From: Ruminococcus albus 7 = DSM 20455
GTDB lineage: Bacteria; Bacillota; Clostridia; Oscillospirales; Ruminococcaceae
Length of the DNA stretch: 32,000 bases
Reading direction: 5' to 3'
Assembly: GCF_000179635.2 (NCBI RefSeq)
Contig: NC_014833.1
Span: 3,630,001 to 3,662,000, forward strand
Shown: positions 26,167 to 32,000 of the stretch, piece after piece
Layout of the letters: every line of letters starts with the position of its first letter
Numbering within the stretch: position 1 is the first letter of the stretch
Program-made: the position numbers and the translations under genes
Notes under the pieces: model-generated
Told to the model about the DNA's origin: nothing
The model's database searches: none
What the model saw: only the letters and a program-made list of their open reading frames with translations

Positions 26167-28343
26167 AAAAGCTTATAATATGCGAAAAACCGAGTTTAGC
26201 TAAGAATGTCCGTGATGCGATAGCACATCGTGAGAATGTTCAGCGTGTAGGCAACAAAGATTTGTATTATTACGAAAGCAGCAGCTACGTGATAACGTTT
26301 TGTTTCGGGCATCTGCTTACGCTCGGAGAACCTGAAAAATATATAGCCGAAGGTGAAACTGCGGTTCTTCCGATAATTCCTGCGAATTTCAGACTGTTCC
26401 CGAATGATAAGGACTGTGCAAGGCAGTACTCGCTTATCAAGAAACTGATGGATATGCCTGAGATCGACGGTATCATACACTGTGGAGATGCGGACCGTGA
26501 GGGTGAGATCATCGTGCGTAACGTCCTGCGTGTCGCTAGGAACACAAAGCCTGTGTATCGTCTGTGGCTGCCGGAACAGACCGAAAGCACGATACTGAAA
26601 GCCCTTAGCTCACTGGAAAATGACAGTAAATACGATGATCTGGCTAACGCGGGCTATGCGAGAACTTTCGTTGATTGGCTGTTCGGATATAATCTTTCCC
26701 GTTATCTGATGCAAAAAGCTAATGTCCGTAAAGGCTGGGGTGTTGGTCGAGTAATTATCCCGATAGTCGATACCGTATACCAGCGCGAACTGGAAATACG
26801 TAACTTCGTTTCGACACCGTATTTTCAGCTTCATGGTGAAACGGAAAAGGACGGTATAAAAGTAACTATCACCGATAAGGAAAAATTCGATACTCAGGAA
26901 CAGGCACAGCTGCGGCTTACAGAACTGTCATCGGGTGTATACAGGGTCGGCAGCATCGATACGAAAAAAGCTGTTGTTACTCCACCGAAGATGTTTTCTC
27001 TCGATACGCTGCAAGGTAAGCTATCAAAGGACCTGGGCATGACACTCGACAAGTCGATGCCCATTATCCAGTCGTTATACGACAAGAAATTTATTACATA
27101 TCCCCGCGCTGATACTGAGTATTTCGCAGAAGAAGAAAAAGCAGATGTATTCGCTGTTGCTGACAAGATGAATGCTGTATACTCCCTCGATCTTGAACAC
27201 AAGGTCAGCAAAAAGATCTTTGACAGCAGCAAGGTGGAAAGTCACTCCGCTATCAGACCTACGCTTAACTTTCCGACAAATGAAAGCGGTCTGTCCGATG
27301 ATGAACAGAAGGTCTATAACACGATAGTCAAGCGTTTCTGCGCGGTATTTGCTCCGCCTTGTACGGTCAACAGGACCGTGATAGTTTTCACCGATGGCAC
27401 TCATGAATTCAAGATAAAGGGTGATACTCCCCTTACTCCGGGTTTCCGTCGATATGAACCGCCTAAGAAAACCAATGATAATGATGAGGATAACAAAATG
27501 CTCCCTTCTTTTTCTCCCGGAGAACTTGTATCATTCTCTTGGGTCATCGACAATAAGATGACAAAGGCTCCTCCGCGTTATACCATTGATTCCCTTAATG
27601 CGTACCTTAAAGCGCCTTTTGCTAAATCATCATCTGCCCAGGATAACGATGACTCCCCTGCCGATGACAGCGAACTGTATGAAGCTGTAAAAAAGGGCAT
27701 GGAGATTGGCACTGTAGCAACAAGAACGGGACTTATAACCAAATGCGTAAAGACCTACAAATACCTCGATATAAAACAGGGAAAGTATTACTGCACCGAA
27801 AAAGGTGAAGCTTTCATTGGATATCTTCATCAGCTGAATATAGACCTTTTCACCGAAAGAAACATCGAATTCAACATGATGATAAAATCGGTCGAACTTG
27901 GAAAAGAAACAATGCAGCACTCAATAGATAAAACAGCCGATGAACTTCGAAGGATAATCGCACAGGACGTTACTGTTTGTTCCGCACAGAAATTTACAGA
28001 CAGCAACAGTTTAGGAAAATGTCCTTTCTGCGGCAGTGATGTACTTGACGGTACTAAAAACTTCTATTGCTCGGCTTACAAAAGCGGGTGCAAATTCGTC
28101 ATATTCAAAAATACATACTGTCACTTCTCGTTTGTTAAGGATGGCAAGGAAATAAATTACACAAAGCCCATGTCCCTGACCAAATCCAACTGCAAGGCTC
28201 TTCTAAGCAGCGGCAGCACCACGGTCAGCATCGAGGAGAAGAACGGCAAGGGCAAGTACAAGATCGGCGTTACTTTCAAGCCTGATAATAAGCATGAGTT
28301 TGTCGGTATAGAGCGTATCCGTGAGAAAAAGAAAGAGGGTTGA
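26163..28343 (+). CDS. topB: DNA topoisomerase III (type IA), conjugative-element type
   Basis: 726 aa. Toprim N-terminus KLIICEKPSLAKNV and acidic cluster GDADREGE. Active-site Tyr context FITYPRADTEY. C-terminal zinc ribbon CPFCGSDV...YCSAYKSGC. Confidence 0.9.
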   Translation: MKKLIICEKPSLAKNVRDAIAHRENVQRVGNKDLYYYESSSYVITFCFGHLLTLGEPEKYIAEGETAVLPIIPANFRLFPNDKDCARQYSLIKKLMDMPEIDGIIHCGDADREGEIIVRNVLRVARNTKPVYRLWLPEQTESTILKALSSLENDSKYDDLANAGYARTFVDWLFGYNLSRYLMQKANVRKGWGVGRVIIPIVDTVYQRELEIRNFVSTPYFQLHGETEKDGIKVTITDKEKFDTQEQAQLRLTELSSGVYRVGSIDTKKAVVTPPKMFSLDTLQGKLSKDLGMTLDKSMPIIQSLYDKKFITYPRADTEYFAEEEKADVFAVADKMNAVYSLDLEHKVSKKIFDSSKVESHSAIRPTLNFPTNESGLSDDEQKVYNTIVKRFCAVFAPPCTVNRTVIVFTDGTHEFKIKGDTPLTPGFRRYEPPKKTNDNDEDNKMLPSFSPGELVSFSWVIDNKMTKAPPRYTIDSLNAYLKAPFAKSSSAQDNDDSPADDSELYEAVKKGMEIGTVATRTGLITKCVKTYKYLDIKQGKYYCTEKGEAFIGYLHQLNIDLFTERNIEFNMMIKSVELGKETMQHSIDKTADELRRIIAQDVTVCSAQKFTDSNSLGKCPFCGSDVLDGTKNFYCSAYKSGCKFVIFKNTYCHFSFVKDGKEINYTKPMSLTKSNCKALLSSGSTTVSIEEKNGKGKYKIGVTFKPDNKHEFVGIERIREKKKEG

Positions 28344-28581
28344 TGTTTTAGATTAAGCGATGTCTATCCCGTAAGCGTATAACCCTCCGCACCTACCCCA
28401 TCGAAGTCTAATGAAGTATAATGAACTCCAAGGAACATCATGAAGTAAATTGGACAATCCAAATTGGTCCATGGAGTTAATTGGAGTATATTAGACAGAC
28501 AGGTGTTTTGCTATTTACCCTGCATTTATATCAGCATCTTAAGAAAGATTGCGAAAAATCCGTATTTTCGCAAACAGGCTA

Positions 28582-28610
28582 TTGACATCGCACACTTTTT
28601 ATGCTATGAT
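28582..28610 (+). promoter_or_regulatory. Sigma-A promoter with extended -10
   Basis: TTGACA (28582-28587), 17-nt spacer ending TGC, TATGAT (28605-28610). An inverted repeat GCGAAAA-N7-TTTTCGC (28551-28571) lies just upstream. Confidence 0.6.
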
Positions 28611-28672
28611 AACCAAAGGTCAAGGAATGAGCCTTGTCCAAAACTTAAAACCTTGAAAGGACGGTTTTTATT

Positions 28673-29173
28673 ATGAATACAATGACAGCAAACTATTTGT
28701 ACAACCTTATTTTTAACAACACAAAGTATGAGGGTGACGCTCACTTCCTCGGCAACAAGGCTTTTATTTCAAAAAATAATAAACTTGTGCAGATCGAGTT
28801 CTTAAAGGGCAACAAGATAGGAAACTTTAAGGAAGGTCTGAGAGATATTACTATCAAAATCAAACTCAAATCCATGTCAGCAAATGGCGAGGAAATCGAA
28901 ACCTGCATGAGTTTTTATGATGAAACAAATAAACTGTTTCTTGCTGATTTTAACGGTTTTGATGGCGTTGATCCGACAAAGGCTTATGATTGCATAGATG
29001 AAACTTTCTGTTTTGTAGGTGATATAAGCATGATTGCTAAATATGAGGACTTCCTCACAAATCTGCTTAATCCCAATGAAGTTAAGCCACTAAGGGCTAG
29101 GTCTGCCCTCCGCTTTTTCTTGCGTTGCATGGGCAAAAACATATCGTCTTTCCTAGACTTTATATTCGAGTGA
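28673..29173 (+). CDS. Hypothetical protein (166 aa), no recognisable domain
   Basis: ATG 28673 lies downstream of the 28582 promoter, with a weak SD (AAAGGACGG). Followed by a terminator at 29196. Confidence 0.55.
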   Translation: MNTMTANYLYNLIFNNTKYEGDAHFLGNKAFISKNNKLVQIEFLKGNKIGNFKEGLRDITIKIKLKSMSANGEEIETCMSFYDETNKLFLADFNGFDGVDPTKAYDCIDETFCFVGDISMIAKYEDFLTNLLNPNEVKPLRARSALRFFLRCMGKNISSFLDFIFE

Positions 29174-29195
29174 AAACATAGTAGAATAAATTGTA

Positions 29196-29234
29196 AACAC
29201 GTTCATTTGAAGCAAAATGAGCGTGTTTTGTTTT
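29196..29234 (+). terminator. Rho-independent terminator
   Basis: AACACGTTCATT (29196-29207), 8-nt loop, AATGAGCGTGTT (29216-29227). This is a 12-bp stem with one G-U pair, followed by TTGTTTT. Confidence 0.7.
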
Positions 29235-29311
29235 ACATAACCGCCTTTCGAGTGAAGCAGAGAGGACGAATTTATCAAAGGGAGGTAAAGTAACCGGTTA
29301 TACGCTTACAG

Positions 29312-29327
29312 TGTGTCTATAGACACA
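29312..29327. repeat. Copy C of the palindrome TGTGTCTATAGACACA
   Basis: Exact match. Lies between the convergent genes 28673-29173 (+) and 29439-29654 (-), 2 nt from the 14-bp inverted-repeat arm at 29296-29309. Confidence 0.95.
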
Positions 29328-29438
29328 GTTCAGCAACCAAAAAGCGTCCGGCACTCACCAAAAGGTGGTGTCAGACGCTTTGTATTCTTATTAGCTTATT
29401 GGTTGAGGTATAATAGTCTGTGCAATTTAACCTCATAC

Positions 29439-29654
29439 TCACTGAGGATTATTAGGGTTGTTATTCTTGTTTTTGCCTTTGCCTATATTTCTTAGAATGA
29501 TACCAATCAACATAAGTAAAAGTACTCCACAAATGATGAATACGCCTATAATTCCTTCAGTTATGAGTTTCGAATTTGGAAAATAGAGGTCTGCAATCAC
29601 TACCAAAAACGCTACTATTCCCAACGCCAAAATAAAATCTCCAAACTTCTTCAT
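29439..29654 (-). CDS. Small membrane protein (71 aa, 2 TM)
   Basis: AGGAGG (reverse complement of 29662-29667) lies 7 nt before the ATG. Two hydrophobic helices and a basic C-terminus, GKGKNKNNNPNNPQ. Lies 30 nt downstream of the lipoprotein gene on the same strand. Confidence 0.6.
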   Translation of the reverse strand: MKKFGDFILALGIVAFLVVIADLYFPNSKLITEGIIGVFIICGVLLLMLIGIILRNIGKGKNKNNNPNNPQ

Positions 29655-29683
29655 AAAATAACCTCCTAATTAATATCATTGTT

Positions 29684-31099
29684 TTACGGTATATTATCGC
29701 TCATTGGGTCAGGTATAAGTTGAGGTATATCATCGCTCTTCGTTGTTTTTACGCTTTTGGCAAATTCATAAAACCAACTATCTGCGCTTTCAAGTTCTTC
29801 ATCGGATATGCTTTCTTTGCCATCGCATGGTGCAACAGCAAACGAGAACATAGTATCCACAAAGTTTTCATCCATGCAATGCACGTCTATTAATGAATAA
29901 CTTCCTCTCTTGCTCTCATTCTTATAGTCATGCATGGTGTTATCTCTTAATATAATAACTGCTCTGTTTCCATCTTTTTTGATAGTATATGTAAACAGTT
30001 TAGAATCTATATGTCCAAAAAGACTTAAATCTCTTATTTCTTTTTCACAAAGATTTTTAAGATTATCATCTGTGTATTCCGTAAGGTCAAGCTCCTTTGC
30101 ACTACCACCGAGTTTGTGTATCGCATATCTCTGATCGTTCACTTCATATACGTAAGCACATTTCTCGTAGTTCATATATGCGGGAAGTTCATAGTTTATA
30201 TCGAAACTGTAATCACTCATTTGATCCCAAGAGCAACTCGAGAAGCTTTTTATTTCCTCTGGTTTCGGAATATCTTCAAATGAACCGATATAATGTTTTG
30301 CCGAATTTAAATATTCGCTGTTAATCCAAATGTTCGATACAGTTTTAGTTTTAAGGTCTATTTTTACTTCATAATAATACCCGGTTCTGCTGTAAACACC
30401 CTCTTCTAATTCTTTTTGGTATGATGTGATGCTGGAATCAAGAATATCATTATTTCCTTTTGGTTCAATATAAGCATCCGTCACCATATCCTTTATGTAA
30501 AAAAGAGTATCCACATCTTCTAAATCGGGTTCGCCCCAAAGCTTGCGGACATCCTCTATCGGCATACCTACCTTTACTCCTTTTGGAAATACCACATCAT
30601 TAATGTCTGATAATGAAATAACATTACAATCCGATAATAACTGCTTTTCATCTTTTGTTTTAGTGAAGAAAAAGCTTGTTTTAACATCATCGATAATAAC
30701 ATCATAAATACTCGATTCTGCAATGACCGTCGATGGATCATCACCTTGGGTTATTCCATCATTCGCATCATCAGCAAGTTCTACACCGTCCATGTCAAAC
30801 AGTTCCTTAGCCGTCATGGGCAATTTTATAACCTTTTCACCCACCTGAAACACATCAGTATACATATCCGCATTCAGTACTTCATCAGCTATCTTTGTTT
30901 CAGAATCGCTTTCATTCTCCGCGGCACTGTCATTATTTTGATTTTCTTCATTTCCACTTTTTTCGACTTCTGTTTTATCATTAGAAATTTTACTGGACTG
31001 TGTAACGATTTTACTTTCGTTATCTGCATTTCCGCAGCCTGTGATACAGCCACAGATGCATACAGCCGTTATGAGTGATATTAATGCTTTTGTTTTCAT
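29684..31099 (-). CDS. Lipoprotein of unknown function (471 aa)
   Basis: Start chosen at ATG 31099 (MKTKALISLITAVCICGCITGCGN), with AAGGAG (reverse complement of 31107-31112) 7 nt upstream. Lipobox ITGC. An acidic, low-complexity linker is followed by about 380 aa with no recognisable domain. The track's 31165 start would begin within the -35 box of this gene's own promoter. Confidence 0.7.
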   Translation of the reverse strand: MKTKALISLITAVCICGCITGCGNADNESKIVTQSSKISNDKTEVEKSGNEENQNNDSAAENESDSETKIADEVLNADMYTDVFQVGEKVIKLPMTAKELFDMDGVELADDANDGITQGDDPSTVIAESSIYDVIIDDVKTSFFFTKTKDEKQLLSDCNVISLSDINDVVFPKGVKVGMPIEDVRKLWGEPDLEDVDTLFYIKDMVTDAYIEPKGNNDILDSSITSYQKELEEGVYSRTGYYYEVKIDLKTKTVSNIWINSEYLNSAKHYIGSFEDIPKPEEIKSFSSCSWDQMSDYSFDINYELPAYMNYEKCAYVYEVNDQRYAIHKLGGSAKELDLTEYTDDNLKNLCEKEIRDLSLFGHIDSKLFTYTIKKDGNRAVIILRDNTMHDYKNESKRGSYSLIDVHCMDENFVDTMFSFAVAPCDGKESISDEELESADSWFYEFAKSVKTTKSDDIPQLIPDPMSDNIP

Positions 31100-31136
31100 A
31101 AAAATACTCCTTAGAATATGATTTTGTAACATAAAT

Positions 31137-31165
31137 ATTATACCTGAATTAAGAAAAGATGTCAA
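31137..31165 (-). promoter_or_regulatory. Perfect consensus sigma-A promoter for the lipoprotein operon
   Basis: On the minus strand: TTGACA (31165-31160), 17 nt, TATAAT (31142-31137). Confidence 0.7.
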
Positions 31166-31241
31166 TAGATTTGTTAGGTGTCCTTAAATAAAACGTAAGA
31201 TAATATAATTTTAGCTGTACAATATAACTCCCTAATAGACA

Positions 31242-31270
31242 TTGACTTTTTTACTAAGCTATGATATATT
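31242..31270 (+). promoter_or_regulatory. Sigma-A promoter with extended -10, divergent from the lipoprotein promoter
   Basis: TTGACT (31242-31247), 17-nt spacer ending TGA, TATATT (31265-31270). Confidence 0.55.
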
Positions 31271-31327
31271 ATTAGTTATAAACAAACTGTCTATGAAAGT
31301 ATATGATTTCAAATGGAGGTGCTAGTC

Positions 31328-31744
31328 ATGAATAATAAACTAATTAACAATGAAACTGAAAAATTTGGTCTAAAAGTGGGTGCTGTTTCATTACTTATCA
31401 ACACTGGCATAGCTTATTTGTATATGTCTCGTTTTCAAGGTTTTGATACTGGCATACAGATATTATTAGCTTTTCTGATAACGATTCTTATGCCGATTGT
31501 TTTTCTCGTATGCGTTCAACATAAATTCAATATTAGTTTAATAATACTAGCAATATCATCTATATGGTATGCAGGCTTCATTACTGGCTTTGGCGTACAT
31601 CTATTCAAATATAAGGAAATAACACTATTACGTACTATTGCTTTTTTAATAATAGGGATAATGGAATATGGTTTTCATATGTATATCTGGTTTTTCCTTG
31701 ATCAGATAATAATTAAATATAAGCACATAATGCGCCGAAAATAA
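31328..31744 (+). CDS. Integral membrane protein (138 aa, about 4 TM), unknown function
   Basis: ATG 31328 lies 7 nt after GGAGGT (31315-31320). Four hydrophobic segments. Basic C-terminus. Confidence 0.6.
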   Translation: MNNKLINNETEKFGLKVGAVSLLINTGIAYLYMSRFQGFDTGIQILLAFLITILMPIVFLVCVQHKFNISLIILAISSIWYAGFITGFGVHLFKYKEITLLRTIAFLIIGIMEYGFHMYIWFFLDQIIIKYKHIMRRK

Positions 31745-31760
31745 TCTTTAAAAAGTATAC

Positions 31761-31776
31761 TGTGTCTATAGACACA
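31761..31776. repeat. Copy D of the palindrome TGTGTCTATAGACACA
   Basis: Exact match. Lies 17 nt after the stop of 31328-31744 and 10 nt before the 13-bp-stem terminator. Confidence 0.95.
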
Positions 31777-31785
31777 CTTTTCAAG

Positions 31786-31830
31786 AGACACCCATTCAAG
31801 CTAATGAAGCCTGAATGGGTGTCTTTTATT
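31786..31830. terminator. Strong hairpin terminator between convergent genes (likely bidirectional)
   Basis: AGACACCCATTCA (31786-31798) pairs with TGAATGGGTGTCT (31812-31824), a perfect 13-bp stem, followed by TTTATT. A minus-strand ORF ends at 31834. Confidence 0.75.
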
Positions 31831-31833
31831 GAT

Positions 31834-32000
31834 TTACAGCGTTTTCCCATAATATTTGATTGTCTTTATGATAGGATCTCCACAATTATTGACTTTGCCA
31901 AGCTTAATCAATTCTTCATGTACCACCTGTTCCGCCTGCTCTTTGGATTCAGCACTTACCGCAACACACTTTGGTATACTCTTGAAATTCGACCACCGGA
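31834..32000 (-). CDS. 3' end of an unidentified minus-strand gene running off the window
   Basis: My own translation of the reverse strand is stop-free from 32000 down to TAA (31836-31834): ...RWSNFKSIPKCVAVSAESKEQAEQVVHEELIKLGKVNNCGDPIIKTIKYYGKTL*. It is absent from the ORF track because no start codon lies inside the window. Confidence 0.4.
   Translation of the reverse strand, partial: RWSNFKSIPKCVAVSAESKEQAEQVVHEELIKLGKVNNCGDPIIKTIKYYGKTL

Noticed and set aside
28344-28580. Possible tRNA gene or attachment site in the 330-bp gap after topB (short repeats AATTGG x3, ATGAAGTA x2)
   Set aside because: I could find no cloverleaf or T-loop (GTTCRANYC) signature. The repeats are 6-8 nt, at chance level, and no integrase is nearby. 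Left unannotated.
28464-28676. 70-aa + strand ORF in the topB / 28673 intergenic region
   Set aside because: It runs across the -35/-10 boxes of the 28582 promoter and has an alternative TTG-type start with no SD and no motif. It is most likely non-coding leader or promoter DNA.
29313-29495. 60-aa + strand ORF starting inside palindrome copy C
   Set aside because: It has a GTG start inside the palindrome and no SD. It overlaps the 3' end of the convergent, better-supported minus-strand gene 29439-29654.

Overview
The window is an AT-rich, low-GC Gram-positive (Firmicutes/Clostridia-like) conjugative element, either a plasmid or an ICE; no integrase or recombinase is visible. From nt 1 to about 29.2 kb every credible gene is on the + strand and tightly packed, with overlaps TAATG at 18741-18745, ATGA at 26163-26166, 12149-12195 and 16907-16917.

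Gene order on the + strand:
- a giant N6-adenine methyltransferase/SNF2-helicase polyvalent protein (DarB-like), open at the 5' window edge
- an intact IS1595-family IS that has cut the start codon off a small gene
- a DUF3991/Toprim primase-like protein
- a Gram-positive type IV secretion module: VirB2/TrbC-like, VirB6/TrbL-like with a collagen-like tail, PrgI/VirB3-like, VirB4 ATPase, and a membrane-anchored Big_2 surface protein
- two unknown genes
- a relaxosome module: RHH gene, phased 22-bp repeats plus hairpins, RHH gene, then a relaxase fused to about a dozen Sel1-like repeats
- a VirD4/TraG coupling protein
- two tandem RHH paralogues
- a two-winged-helix Rep-like protein
- an XRE regulator translationally coupled to topoisomerase III

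The last ~3.5 kb is cargo-like. It holds an inverted-repeat-flanked 166-aa ORF, a minus-strand lipoprotein plus mini-membrane-protein operon, and a 4-TM protein, all with near-consensus sigma-A promoters.

Signals not explained by the genes:
- a perfect 16-bp palindrome, TGTGTCTATAGACACA, present four times
- six helically phased GTATG-N3-GTATGAACAA repeats between the two relaxosome RHH genes
- the IS-mediated gene decapitation
- a promoter/terminator interlock after the tandem RHH genes

I see no CRISPR array, rRNA or tRNA. All functional calls rest on motifs read by eye; no database search was possible.
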